Of a stretch of DNA of 64,000 nt, positions 17,388 through 27,719 are shown one piece after another. The DNA comes from a virus: positions 1-64,000 of the IMG/VR virus record IMGVR_UViG_3300027749_000062, one strand, 5' to 3'. Below the pieces are notes generated by a model that made no database searches, was not told where the DNA came from, and worked only from the letters and a program-made list of their open reading frames with translations. The stretch's first letter is position 1. Every line of letters begins with the position of its first letter. The position numbers were made by a program, and so were the translations under genes.

Positions 17388-18032
17388 TTAAAGTTTTTTG
17401 ACGAAGTTTTCAAATATGCGAAGACTTACTGCCTCGATTTCCGCTGAAGAAGCTTTTCTGATTTCTCTTACTGCTTCTGCGTGGTCTACTTCAGTCCAAA
17501 CACCATCAACCAACATCCATTCTTTTCCTTCCATGATACCTTGAACGAAAGCTCCAGGTGCTGAAGGGTCTGCTACAATATCCGCCGCTGTGGCCAGATA
17601 AAAATCGGATTGAACAACATTAACACCGTTAACATTTTTCAGTGATCCCATGCCTCTTGATGAAACTCCTAATGACGCACCGCCTTCAATTAATTGACGA
17701 GCGATATTTCCCATAGGAGTTGCCATAATTTTTGCTTTACCAATCCATTGAGTACCGTCTTCACGCAATCCAACAATCATGTGTGATACACGGTCTAAAT
17801 TAATTGTAGGTGAATCTGGATGTCCCAATTCACCAAATGCACGATTTTTGTTGATGTACTCTGTGGTATAACGATACACTTCTTTCTTCATCGTATTATA
17901 TTCATACAGGCGCCCATTCTTGTTTTTCTTTTCAGAAACAAGAAATGGACCTTCTATATACAGTTCTTTTTCTCCGTCAGCACCTTCGGTAATATAATTA
18001 ACGGTTTCGTTGATTTCTTTAATTAATTTCAT
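17388..18032 (-). CDS. gp21: Prohead protease
   Basis: NKNGRLY, GELGHP, LGVSSRGMGSL, ADIVADPSAPGAFV. Confidence 0.97.
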   Translation of the reverse strand: MKLIKEINETVNYITEGADGEKELYIEGPFLVSEKKNKNGRLYEYNTMKKEVYRYTTEYINKNRAFGELGHPDSPTINLDRVSHMIVGLREDGTQWIGKAKIMATPMGNIARQLIEGGASLGVSSRGMGSLKNVNGVNVVQSDFYLATAADIVADPSAPGAFVQGIMEGKEWMLVDGVWTEVDHAEAVREIRKASSAEIEAVSLRIFENFVKKL

Positions 18033-18033
18033 A

Positions 18034-18588
18034 TTAACCTATCCCGTTATTACCGTTTGGTGTAATGCCATAAGGTGTGTAGTTGAATGCTGCAGGATCT
18101 CTGAATTGGCCGCGTGAATAGTATTCGTTATGTTTGCGTAATTCTAGAATGATTGTATAAGAATCATTTGCTAACATGCCGCGAGTTATGATACCAATAT
18201 TTCCATTTGCACCAGCTGTTCCTGCTGTGTTATTTGGAATAGTAATCCAGTTGCCATTGCCGTCATATTCACCATTACCATTTAAATAAAATATTGGTAG
18301 TGGTGTTGTGGCTTGCCAATTTAATTCAACGTCAGCTGTTGTTGCACTTGAACAATCGTACCACAAACGATACAATGAAAGTCCATAGTATGATAGTGCA
18401 GTATTCGCTGCACCACCTTGTGAGTTAGCAACAGGATAACCATTGGTTGCTAATGCACCAGAAAAGGTATTGGCCATGATTCTACTAGCATTAGATTCTT
18501 GGCCGGTACCGTCAAATTTACCTGTTAGTTTAATGACAACGTGTTGCGTGTCATCTTTTAGGATTTGATATGTAAAAGCATTTGCCAT
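18034..18588 (-). CDS. Hypothetical virion/head protein
   Basis: Located in the head operon between the core protein and gp21; YTIILELRK C-terminal motif. Confidence 0.55.
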   Translation of the reverse strand: MANAFTYQILKDDTQHVVIKLTGKFDGTGQESNASRIMANTFSGALATNGYPVANSQGGAANTALSYYGLSLYRLWYDCSSATTADVELNWQATTPLPIFYLNGNGEYDGNGNWITIPNNTAGTAGANGNIGIITRGMLANDSYTIILELRKHNEYYSRGQFRDPAAFNYTPYGITPNGNNGIG

Positions 18589-18602
18589 GTTTTATTCCAA
18601 TT

Positions 18603-19067
18603 TTAGTATCTGTCGCCGCTGCTGTGTGTGCGTCCAGTTTTTGTTTCTTTTGTTTTACCACCAGAAGATGATTTTGCAAACTCAGAAGGACCTTTGCTTT
18701 TCATTGTGAAAGCATTTGGTTTCTTTGGTCTTTCTTCTTTCTTTTCTGCATTTTCACCTTTTTCTTCATCTTCTTCGGCAACATGTTCCACTTCTTCTTT
18801 TTTATGGTCTGCCATAGTGTGCTTGCCATCACCGTTTTTATCTAAAGATTTCATCATCTTCTTTTCGGCTTTTTCATGTGCAGTACCTTCTTCACCTTCT
18901 TCTTTTTCCTCTTTAGCTTCTTGTCTGATTAAACTACCAGCAATTTCTTGTTTCTTTGCTTCAATAGCAGCAGTCACTCTATCGTGAATAGAAGCGTAAA
19001 GTTCGTTACGAAATTCTACACCATTGCTGTCCATTGCGTAATCGATTAAATTTCTTGTTGCGTCCAT
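18603..19067 (-). CDS. Prohead core protein (gp67-like) with an EF-hand-like loop
   Basis: Immediately after portal; highly E/K-rich; DKNGDGKHTMAD. Confidence 0.65.
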   Translation of the reverse strand: MDATRNLIDYAMDSNGVEFRNELYASIHDRVTAAIEAKKQEIAGSLIRQEAKEEKEEGEEGTAHEKAEKKMMKSLDKNGDGKHTMADHKKEEVEHVAEEDEEKGENAEKKEERPKKPNAFTMKSKGPSEFAKSSSGGKTKETKTGRTHSSGDRY

Positions 19068-19079
19068 TTTTATCTCCTA

Positions 19080-20750
19080 TTAACTTAGTGTTCTTTTGAC
19101 TACTTCTAAAACCGGTTTATAATCTTCATTTTTTGGATTCTTCTCTTTTGCCTGGTTAACCTGTTTATCTAAGTTAGCCTGGTGAGTATTCTTCTCCATA
19201 TCTAGTTGTCCTAACATTTGTTGTTGTGCAACATCTGTGGTAACTCCGACTGGCAATCCAAATCCTGCATCTTTTTCTTTTTCCATTTCATCTTGCATGA
19301 CTTTGATTTCATCGTCATCCAAGCGCAATACGTTTCTTTGAATCCATGCCTGAGAGAAATATCTACCAGTGTATGGATCAACCTCACCTAACAACGACAA
19401 TCTTTCTTTCATCAACTCAGCTTCTTTAAGCTCAGTGAAATTATTGTCTTTAATAAAGTTATAGTGAATGTATTCTCTAAATGATTTCCATTCATCATCT
19501 GTACATATGCCTTTAAGTACACATTGTACTCTTAGACATTGGTCAAACAAATCTGAGAATCTACTTCTCATACGTCCAACAAACTTAGCAAACTTCAACT
19601 CGTCACGGGTAATCTCGCCAACACGGCCTAAAGAGAACCCAGACTGATTAGGATCTAACCTAGACACAGGAACATTCAATGACTTATATAGTTTCTTTTC
19701 AAAATACTTAACGTCTTCTAGCTCACCTAGGTTTTGTCCACCTGGAAGTGTAGTAATTTCTGTACCTTTGCCACCTTCTCTACGAGGCAACCAAAAGTCT
19801 TCCATCATAGACAAGAATTTACGGTCATCACGAATTTCACCTGTGTTGGCATCATATACCAACTTGTTCTTATACTTGACCATAATGTCGCGCAGATATT
19901 GTTCTGCTTTCAACTTGGGTAAATTACCCACATCAATGTAGAAAATACGGCGTTCAGGTGCTCTAGAGATACGATAGATAACTGTCGCATCTTCAATCAT
20001 ACGCAGCTGATTTAACGGTTTGATTGCTTTGTGTAGATATGATAAGACAACAGCCCTACGAGAATCCATAAGACCAGAAACCACAGAAACCACTGAATCT
20101 GTAGTAATTCTTGTACCAACTGGGCCATAGTTTGTAGAACTCCCTGTAGTTACTTTGTCATTGTAAATGTAATATTCATTTACAACATTCATAACTTCTA
20201 CGCCAGTGCGTTCATCTTTTTGTTTTTTGACTTCACGAATTTTACGCATTTTTCGTGGGTCAATATATCTTAATTCTCTAATACCTTTTGTTGGTTCTTC
20301 GCGGTCAACAATGATATGGTAATAGAGTTTTCCGTCGATGTAGTATCTACGGAATATGTCTTGTGCCATTTTCGTATAATTCAACATACGCAAAATAGTA
20401 CCGAATTCGTCTTTGATGGCCTTCTTAATCTTATCAGGTTGTTCTAGGTCATCTAAAATAATCTGAATGTTTTTACCATCATCATCTTGGCATATAGCTT
20501 CGTTTACAATATCATCAATAGCAGATTCAATTTCTGGTTGCATTGCCATTTCACGATAACGAGAAATTAATTCAACTTCATTCTTTGCAGTACCATCTAA
20601 GTCAACATATGTTCCATAATATGCAGCAGATGTAATCGTTAATGCACCGTCATCATTACTCGGTGGTGAGAATGATTGTTGAGAATCTTGTTTGTCTTCA
20701 TTCTCTTGGCGAGATATTGTGAAGCCAAAAAGTGAAAATTTATTTGCCAT
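19080..20750 (-). CDS. gp20: Portal protein
   Basis: YRISRAPERRIFYIDVGNLPK.KAEQYL, EDFWLPRREGGKGTEITTLPGGQNLG. Confidence 0.99.
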   Translation of the reverse strand: MANKFSLFGFTISRQENEDKQDSQQSFSPPSNDDGALTITSAAYYGTYVDLDGTAKNEVELISRYREMAMQPEIESAIDDIVNEAICQDDDGKNIQIILDDLEQPDKIKKAIKDEFGTILRMLNYTKMAQDIFRRYYIDGKLYYHIIVDREEPTKGIRELRYIDPRKMRKIREVKKQKDERTGVEVMNVVNEYYIYNDKVTTGSSTNYGPVGTRITTDSVVSVVSGLMDSRRAVVLSYLHKAIKPLNQLRMIEDATVIYRISRAPERRIFYIDVGNLPKLKAEQYLRDIMVKYKNKLVYDANTGEIRDDRKFLSMMEDFWLPRREGGKGTEITTLPGGQNLGELEDVKYFEKKLYKSLNVPVSRLDPNQSGFSLGRVGEITRDELKFAKFVGRMRSRFSDLFDQCLRVQCVLKGICTDDEWKSFREYIHYNFIKDNNFTELKEAELMKERLSLLGEVDPYTGRYFSQAWIQRNVLRLDDDEIKVMQDEMEKEKDAGFGLPVGVTTDVAQQQMLGQLDMEKNTHQANLDKQVNQAKEKNPKNEDYKPVLEVVKRTLS

Positions 20751-20778
20751 TTATTTTAAGTCCGTTCAAAAAATCATT

Positions 20779-20801
20779 AAAAGAGGACCGAAGTCCTCTT
20801 T
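20779..20801 (-). terminator. Terminator after gp19
   Basis: Minus strand AAAGAGGAC-TTCG-GTCCTCTTTT. Confidence 0.85.
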
Positions 20802-20816
20802 ATATAGTAGACTAAA

Positions 20817-21407
20817 TTAGGTTGTTAAACCTGTGCTTTTCCCATCAGTGCCCGTAGTCCAGTACTGATATGCAAAAGTTACAGTAAATTCTTCAATTGT
20901 ATCGTTTGTTCCCCAATCTAAATCAATAGGAGACAAATCAACCGGAAACATGCCAACAAAATTATAAGATTTTATTACCTTGGCCGCATCGCCTGTTGGT
21001 CCACCTTTTCCATACTGATAAACTAGTGCGTCTAATGTATACGGTATTTTTGCTTGACCTCCCGCGGACCCAACTCCTCCATCAGTAGTTCTAACATTGG
21101 TTTCATGTGTGTTAATAGAATTCATCCATGATTCAAATGAATTTCTAATTAAAAAGTCTTCATCGTTAATAATAGTAATTGTCCAATCCGCAAAAGTTCT
21201 ATTACCAGCAAATTTCATTTCACGGCCAAAATAATACATTGGAACAATACCAAGTGTTGAACCCGGTAATTGTGCAGATTTTGCCATAAATTGAAGCTTA
21301 TCGGGAGCTCCTGCTATAGGTATTGCAGGCATACTCACCTGAAATAAATTAGGACGAGCTCCATCTCCCTTTAATCTTGTTGTAAAATCTGTAATCTGAA
21401 AAGCCAT
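20817..21407 (-). CDS. gp19: Tail tube protein
   Basis: GARPNLF, AQLPGS, FAGNRTFADWTITIINDEDF, IEEFTVTFAYQYW. Confidence 0.97.
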   Translation of the reverse strand: MAFQITDFTTRLKGDGARPNLFQVSMPAIPIAGAPDKLQFMAKSAQLPGSTLGIVPMYYFGREMKFAGNRTFADWTITIINDEDFLIRNSFESWMNSINTHETNVRTTDGGVGSAGGQAKIPYTLDALVYQYGKGGPTGDAAKVIKSYNFVGMFPVDLSPIDLDWGTNDTIEEFTVTFAYQYWTTGTDGKSTGLTT

Positions 21408-21437
21408 TTTTTTCTCCTCTATTTGTTAGTTTATTTA

Positions 21438-23207
21438 TTACGCGGTGGTGTTAGTAATTGTTGTGAAATTAACACCAGTACCAACTGCAACAAAATTCAA
21501 CTGGATAAAATTAATAGAACGAGCAGGTTGAATGTAAATATCGCCAACAAACTGATTGTTATTAATAACAGAAGGGGTATTATTTGTTGAATCGCAAACA
21601 ACTTGGAACGAACTGATACCTTTTTGTGCTTGAACAGAACGAAGATAAGGTGTTACCAACGAAACAAATTGTGCTTGTGTAAATGCATCATTAAATTCAA
21701 ATAGTGAGAATCTAGCTGCTCTTGCAATTGCTTGTTCAAGAACGATAAACAATCTACGAACATTGATACGGTCAAACGCAGAAGGTTGAGTTTGCATGGT
21801 TTTATCACCGAACAATACTGTACCTGATCCTGGGAATGAAACGATTGGATTAACAGCAACTTGATATAGATTATCTCTATTAGTTTGTGTTGGATTCCAT
21901 GCTACTTTAATAACATTCTTGATAACGCCGCGAGTATAACCAGCAGGTGAGTACCATGGACTTGTTGTTTGGTCTGTGTTTACGCACAATCCTGCAACGT
22001 CACCATTCATTGGAACCCAAACATAATTGTTATTGTAACGGTCAAACAAATATTTCCAACCAGAATCCGCAAATCCATAAGAACCATTTGGTCCGCCTGT
22101 CAATGAAGAAAGACCTGCCATCCAAGAAAGAACACTTGATTGTTCACTTCCTGAATTATTGACAACTGCTGATATTGGTGGTGAAACAAAAGCAACACAA
22201 TCTTTACGGGTAGCGGCCATGTTGATAGCTGCTGTTTGAACGGCTACATTTGTGTATGGACCTGTTGTCAACAATGAAATTGATGTTTGTGCAGTATCTG
22301 TAAAAAATGCCATAGCAGAAATAACATCCGCATCTGTAACAGCAACATCAACACCACCAGTCATTGGTAATGTATAAGGTGTAGCTAAAGTTGTGAAACT
22401 TGTATTGGCTGCTGTTCTACCCCATGTAGCATTCGTTGCAGAATAATTTACTGGATCAACTGCATAGATATATTTTGAGTTATTGAAAACAGCATTTTTG
22501 TAATAATTTGATTGACCAAGAGAATCAACTGAATCTACTGCTTTTGATAGATACGCGAATGTTTCTAAAACTGTACCTTTTGTTCCAGACAACAAACCAC
22601 CAGTATCAACAACTGCAATGTGAATTTGGTCATTTGCACCACCAACTTGTGTAGTGGAATAACTTGTACTTGGTGCACCATTGAAGAAACCTGCAAGAGC
22701 TACGTTTGCATAATTTGTTCCTGCAACATTATACAATGCAATATTCCATGAAGAAAATTGAGTTGTATTAGAACCAGCATCAACTACAGAAACTGTCAAT
22801 GAGTTTCCTAAAGCACCTGGATAACGAGCAATGAACGCGCCGTAAGAATTAGATGCACCTGAATTTAGTAATGTGTATTGGAAAGCATCTTTATTCAAAA
22901 CCTGTACAGCTGTACCAGCATTAACAGCATTTTTAGTTCCAGAATTAACTGCACGAACAACTTGAAGATTGTTTCCGTATGCCAAAAATGAAGCAGCTGT
23001 CCAAAAGGAAGAAGCAGTATTTGAATCTGGTTGATAAAAAATGTTAACAAGAGTTCTTTCGCTGTCAACTGTTGTAATTAATTTGCCTGGACCCCAGTTA
23101 AAGGCTCCTGCATAAGCACCGGCTGTAGTTAGAACTGAAGGAACAACTGTTGTTAAGTTGGTTTCGGTTGTAATTACGCCTGGAGATAATTGAGCTATTT
23201 GCGCCAT
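21438..23207 (-). CDS. gp18: Tail sheath protein
   Basis: LSPGV, FNWGP, WYSPAG..RG, GDKT, FDRINVRRLFI, PARSINFIQLNFVA. Confidence 0.97.
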   Translation of the reverse strand: MAQIAQLSPGVITTETNLTTVVPSVLTTAGAYAGAFNWGPGKLITTVDSERTLVNIFYQPDSNTASSFWTAASFLAYGNNLQVVRAVNSGTKNAVNAGTAVQVLNKDAFQYTLLNSGASNSYGAFIARYPGALGNSLTVSVVDAGSNTTQFSSWNIALYNVAGTNYANVALAGFFNGAPSTSYSTTQVGGANDQIHIAVVDTGGLLSGTKGTVLETFAYLSKAVDSVDSLGQSNYYKNAVFNNSKYIYAVDPVNYSATNATWGRTAANTSFTTLATPYTLPMTGGVDVAVTDADVISAMAFFTDTAQTSISLLTTGPYTNVAVQTAAINMAATRKDCVAFVSPPISAVVNNSGSEQSSVLSWMAGLSSLTGGPNGSYGFADSGWKYLFDRYNNNYVWVPMNGDVAGLCVNTDQTTSPWYSPAGYTRGVIKNVIKVAWNPTQTNRDNLYQVAVNPIVSFPGSGTVLFGDKTMQTQPSAFDRINVRRLFIVLEQAIARAARFSLFEFNDAFTQAQFVSLVTPYLRSVQAQKGISSFQVVCDSTNNTPSVINNNQFVGDIYIQPARSINFIQLNFVAVGTGVNFTTITNTTA

Positions 23208-23260
23208 TTGTGTCTTCTCCTTAATATTGTTCTGATGTTTGGCAGTTTATACCAATGAAT

Positions 23261-23267
23261 TATTTAT
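23261..23267 (-). promoter_or_regulatory. Late promoter for gp18; the same ATAAATA motif occurs at 21432-21438, 30477-30483, 43174-43180, 47887-47893, 48667-48673, 53778-53784 and 60524-60530
   Basis: Recurrent ATAAATA shortly upstream of structural-gene starts, matching the T4 TATAAATA late consensus. Confidence 0.7.
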
Positions 23268-23279
23268 GAAACATAATTT

Positions 23280-24959
23280 TTACATATTTCTGAGCATATC
23301 TCGCGTGAAAGAACCATAGGTATCTCCACCAACAGTAGAGTCCCACAAATCGCCACCAATCAATTCAAGTTCCATTTGCCTACCATCGTCCATTATCATT
23401 TCTGGTAAGCCTTCATCATCAACCTGATTCATTCTTTCCAATTGAATCTGTTTACGAATGTCATGGCTAACAATTTCTTTGAAGTAGGTTTGAGTAGTTA
23501 ACCATGCAAAAATCACCAAAGACATAACTAAGTCATCATTTGAACCTTCTTCCGCACAAAAAGAGTTTTTCTCTGCAACAAACGTGGTCAATTCTGAAAT
23601 AGTATCAAAATCATTGATTAAAAGTTTATCACCCTCAATCAACATTTTAAGATTAGAACAACCAATTCGTTTGACTTGAGGTGACATTTTCAGACCCAGC
23701 TGAATACCTCTTGCAAAACCTGCCGATAATTGTTGTGGTTTCTTGTTACCAGTAAACACTTTCCAAAGATTTTCGTATTCTAAATCATTGTGTAAAGTTT
23801 CAGCCACTTGTGGTGTGTTATTAATTTCTACAAGAACATATGCATCATTATACAATTTTGCAGTATTATAGATTACAGTTGGAAATAATACAGGTGATAT
23901 AGACGAACTGTGATATGTTGCAACCTGTTTGTATGGAGTATGTGATATGTCCATTACATTAAATGCCGAACAGTCCATGTTTCGACCTTCAGAAACGTCT
24001 ACCGTTATTGCATACAGATGGTCTTTTTGATTTTCTCCATCAGACTCTTTGATAGGTTGTTCGTAGATTTTAACCTTGTCGTGTTCATAAATGGCATCCA
24101 TGTATGCCAATTGTTGGAGTTTTTCACCTGAAATCAAAGTGTTGGTGGAACCCAAAAACTCACATTCAAACTCTTGCCTGAATTGTTCAAGTGAGGTGTT
24201 CTTGATAGTTTCTTCTTTCCATTTTTCATCACGACCTGGAACCATAGACCAATGAATAGAGAAAGTCTTGTATCCATTCTTTTTGCCAATAGCATCCATC
24301 CACAGTTTGTAGAATAGATTCATACCGTTTGGTGTCGATACAATAATAATCTTGGTAGATTTACCAGAAGAAATGACAGGATATACAGAGTTAAAGAATT
24401 CGTTTGCGATATTTGCAGGAACGAAAGCAAATTCATCCAAGAATACTACATTGAAAGAACCTCCACGAACTGCGGATGATGAGGTAGATGCGGCAATAAT
24501 CTTAGAACCATTTTCTAATTCAACATTACCTTTGTTCCAAGTAATGATACCCTGTTGCAACCACATTGGAAGATTCTCATATGCCAACTGATACTTAGCC
24601 AGAATGTCTCTTGCAAGTGATCCCTTGTTTGCCAGGACTGCAATGTTCTGTGAGTCTGTAAAGAGTGTTAACCAAAGAAGATATGCTACCGAGGTTGTTG
24701 TTTTACCAACCTGACGAGGACATTTTGTGATTGCAAAACGATTCTCATGGTATAATCGAATCATGTCTTTTTGAAATGGCCACATATTGAATGGTATCAG
24801 ACCTTGATCCACGTTGACAATCTTGATATAAGTTTCTGCAAAGTATACTGGATCTTTTGCACACTTCATGTATTCTTCCACTTGTTCTTTGGAGAACTTT
24901 ATTTGCACCCCTGCTTTTTTTAACAGAGGATTATCGCGGTATGAATCTTTATTAATCAT
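23280..24959 (-). CDS. gp17: Terminase large subunit
   Basis: PRQVGKTT, FLDEFAF, IIVSTPNG, QEFECEFLGS, DDLVM. Confidence 0.98.
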   Translation of the reverse strand: MINKDSYRDNPLLKKAGVQIKFSKEQVEEYMKCAKDPVYFAETYIKIVNVDQGLIPFNMWPFQKDMIRLYHENRFAITKCPRQVGKTTTSVAYLLWLTLFTDSQNIAVLANKGSLARDILAKYQLAYENLPMWLQQGIITWNKGNVELENGSKIIAASTSSSAVRGGSFNVVFLDEFAFVPANIANEFFNSVYPVISSGKSTKIIIVSTPNGMNLFYKLWMDAIGKKNGYKTFSIHWSMVPGRDEKWKEETIKNTSLEQFRQEFECEFLGSTNTLISGEKLQQLAYMDAIYEHDKVKIYEQPIKESDGENQKDHLYAITVDVSEGRNMDCSAFNVMDISHTPYKQVATYHSSSISPVLFPTVIYNTAKLYNDAYVLVEINNTPQVAETLHNDLEYENLWKVFTGNKKPQQLSAGFARGIQLGLKMSPQVKRIGCSNLKMLIEGDKLLINDFDTISELTTFVAEKNSFCAEEGSNDDLVMSLVIFAWLTTQTYFKEIVSHDIRKQIQLERMNQVDDEGLPEMIMDDGRQMELELIGGDLWDSTVGGDTYGSFTRDMLRNM

Positions 24960-25372
24960 TCTTTGCCCTTAATTAATTTATTAAGTTCAGAAGTTGAACC
25001 AACAAATATGGCTTTATCTATATGTGTTGCACCTGATGGTTGATTTTGTTTATTCATTTCACGCATCTGCTTCTGTACTGCAAGTAGTTCTTTGTTTGCA
25101 TCTACTACATTTTTAAGTAGTGTTCCGTACACTTCAAATGCTCTTGGATGTTGACCTGCTTTTGCAATCATCAATATTTCTTCCATTGCATCTTTGCCTT
25201 GGTCAATCAAGTCTTGAAGATTGGTCTTAGTCTGCTCATAGGCATCGTTCAAATCTTCTTCTAAATTTGAATCTAATTGCGAAACAGGTGTTTCTGGTTT
25301 CACAACAACTGGTGTTTCTGGTTTTGGAGCAATATCAAATATTTCTTCCATGTTTTTTTCAAATGTATTCAT
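24956..25372 (-). CDS. gp16: Terminase small subunit
   Basis: AKAGQHPRAFEV, AIFVGSTSEL. Confidence 0.93.
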   Translation of the reverse strand: MNTFEKNMEEIFDIAPKPETPVVVKPETPVSQLDSNLEEDLNDAYEQTKTNLQDLIDQGKDAMEEILMIAKAGQHPRAFEVYGTLLKNVVDANKELLAVQKQMREMNKQNQPSGATHIDKAIFVGSTSELNKLIKGKE

Positions 25373-25386
25373 ATTATAATCCGTAT

Positions 25387-26700
25387 TTAATAACCAAATC
25401 TTGCTTTATATGTTGCGTGGAGTGATTGAATATCCGCTAAAGCTAATACACCATTGTACGCTTTGACAAATGCAATATTACCCGATTGAACTTCTGTGCC
25501 TGCTGCTCGGCTAAACATTCTTAACTGATTAAAACCTCCACCAGCAGCATTTGTTACTGTGAATGCTGCAGCTGATGGTGCCGTGCTTGTTGATGTATAC
25601 AATTTACCAGTACTTGTAGTTGTATCCCAAGTTGCCCAGTCTAAGTGCCAAACTGTATCAGCACCAGTTGATGGTAAATTAACAGCATAGTTTGGATAAA
25701 AAGTATTTGGGTTACCATTATAAGCACCCATCAACCAATCTTTAACACCTTCATTTTGAGTATTTAATAGTCTACCAGAAGATGTTGCGGATAGTTTGTA
25801 TGCCATGAATACTGTATAACTTTGTCCAGTCACATAATTTGGACCACCGTAAATATAATCTGTTCCTGTACTATTTGATTTAGCAAACGATCCACCATTA
25901 GCACTGTTCCAAGAAAGTGAAGTGCCGTTGTTCTGGGTTATATTATAGGTTCCAGTTGCATCTTTTACATATATGAATGGTGTTGCAGAATTATATGTTA
26001 CAGTACCATTATTTGTAACAGTAAGTGGGGCTGCACTATAATCAGTTAACAATGTTGAACTATTTTGTGGTTGTATAAACAATACTGTATTTGTAATTGG
26101 GTAAAGTGGTTGTGTTGGTGGAGTAAAGTTTGCAGTATAAACTGCTGTTCCCTTGACTATTCTAAAGTTACTTATACGACCATTAAAATAATTGTTGGCT
26201 TGAGATGAACTATATCCAATTTCAAGTATTCTATTAGCTGAACTATCATATCCAATTCCGCTTTGAGACATTACAGAAACTCCATCTACAAATAGTGTTA
26301 CAGTTCCGCTGGCTCTTACTAACGCTATATGCTGCCAAGTATTTAAGTTTATTACTGTATTGGTAGCACTTTGATATTGACTTCCATTGAAGTAAAAAAT
26401 ACCACCATTACCATTAAGGTCTACATTATCGGTGTTAGTTCCAAAATACCATAATCTTCCTGAATTGCTAGTAGTGTAGAACCAACCTTCTATTGTATAA
26501 TCGGCAGTTCCAAACGCAAATGCAGCACTTGAGGCTAATGAAAGATACTGACTGGTGCCATTTAAATTAAAACTGCCACCTGTACTAGGAAGTGCTACAA
26601 AATTAGCTGCGTCTAAATCATAGACCAAACTTGGTGTAAACACTGAAGCAGTAATAGTTCTTTGAAAATTACTGGCTACCATAGCCATCATTCCACTCAT
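25387..26700 (-). CDS. LamG/concanavalin-A-like lectin-domain virion protein
   Basis: FGTADYTIEGWFY, NTWQHIALVRASG..TLFVDG, FNGRISNFRIVKGTAVY. Confidence 0.8.
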   Translation of the reverse strand: MSGMMAMVASNFQRTITASVFTPSLVYDLDAANFVALPSTGGSFNLNGTSQYLSLASSAAFAFGTADYTIEGWFYTTSNSGRLWYFGTNTDNVDLNGNGGIFYFNGSQYQSATNTVINLNTWQHIALVRASGTVTLFVDGVSVMSQSGIGYDSSANRILEIGYSSSQANNYFNGRISNFRIVKGTAVYTANFTPPTQPLYPITNTVLFIQPQNSSTLLTDYSAAPLTVTNNGTVTYNSATPFIYVKDATGTYNITQNNGTSLSWNSANGGSFAKSNSTGTDYIYGGPNYVTGQSYTVFMAYKLSATSSGRLLNTQNEGVKDWLMGAYNGNPNTFYPNYAVNLPSTGADTVWHLDWATWDTTTSTGKLYTSTSTAPSAAAFTVTNAAGGGFNQLRMFSRAAGTEVQSGNIAFVKAYNGVLALADIQSLHATYKARFGY

Positions 26701-27704
26701 TATACTACTCCCGTACCATTAATAAACCATGTATTTGCAGCAACCCTCATTAATGTTGCCATACCATATGTAGTAACATTTCGTGAAGCACTTGTTGTAT
26801 TACCTGCAAGATACAATGACACGCCAGTATTTGGTGTTATTGTTACATTTGCAGCTGATGTTGTTTGTGATACAATTAATACGGCTGCACCATTTTGAAA
26901 TGATGCTTGTCCCGAATTGGGAATATACAATGTTGTATTGGATGCTTGAGTGTAGTAAATATGTTTACCTGCATCAGATACTTGTAAAACATAATTTGTT
27001 GTTTGTAGATTTTGTGGTATTGTATTTGCTGCGGTATTGGCTGCCGTGAAAGCCGCATTAGCATAGAGTGCTGCAGAATTTGCCACATTGCTTGGTGTAT
27101 TGGCTGTTAAAAACGCGGCATTAGCATATGTACCAGAGGTTATTGCGTTGGCATTGGCACCATTGGCTGCTGTATATGCCGAATTGGCGTATGTGCCTGT
27201 AGTATTCTGTGAACCATATGATGAGTTTGCCTGAGTGAACGCAGCCGTAATGTTGGTGTTTTGTGTTAAATTAATTCCGTTTGCAGAAGAAAAAGCAGAA
27301 TTAGCATAAACACCGGATGAAATTGCATTTGCGTTGGCACCATTAGCTGCTGTATATGCTGAGTTGGCATAGCTACCAGTTACGTTTTGAGAACTATAAG
27401 CCGCATTGGCTTGAGCAAAAGCTAAATTGCCTGTGTTATTTTGAGTAACATCTATACCTAAAATTATTGCAACATTAGAAGCAAGATAGGTTAAATCTGT
27501 GTTTGCCTGTGCATATGCTGCATTAGCCTGATTGAATGCTGCCTGTAATGTTATAGCATTTGCAGTATAAAAACCACCAGGTTGACTACCAGTGTGTACT
27601 GTAATTGCATTTAATGTTGTATCTATAATTAATTCACCATTTGCTCCAGTTATACTTGAAAGATTTGCTGTTGTATATCTTCTAAATTGTAATGTTTTTG
27701 CCAT
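26700..27704 (-). CDS. Fibre protein: Mtd-N-like N-terminus, AN-heptad stalk, C-terminal beta domain
   Basis: LQFRR.TTA....TGANGELIIDT...VHTGSQPGG; YANSAY repeats. Confidence 0.7.
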   Translation of the reverse strand: MAKTLQFRRYTTANLSSITGANGELIIDTTLNAITVHTGSQPGGFYTANAITLQAAFNQANAAYAQANTDLTYLASNVAIILGIDVTQNNTGNLAFAQANAAYSSQNVTGSYANSAYTAANGANANAISSGVYANSAFSSANGINLTQNTNITAAFTQANSSYGSQNTTGTYANSAYTAANGANANAITSGTYANAAFLTANTPSNVANSAALYANAAFTAANTAANTIPQNLQTTNYVLQVSDAGKHIYYTQASNTTLYIPNSGQASFQNGAAVLIVSQTTSAANVTITPNTGVSLYLAGNTTSASRNVTTYGMATLMRVAANTWFINGTGVV

Positions 27705-27719
27705 TTTTAAATCCTTGAA

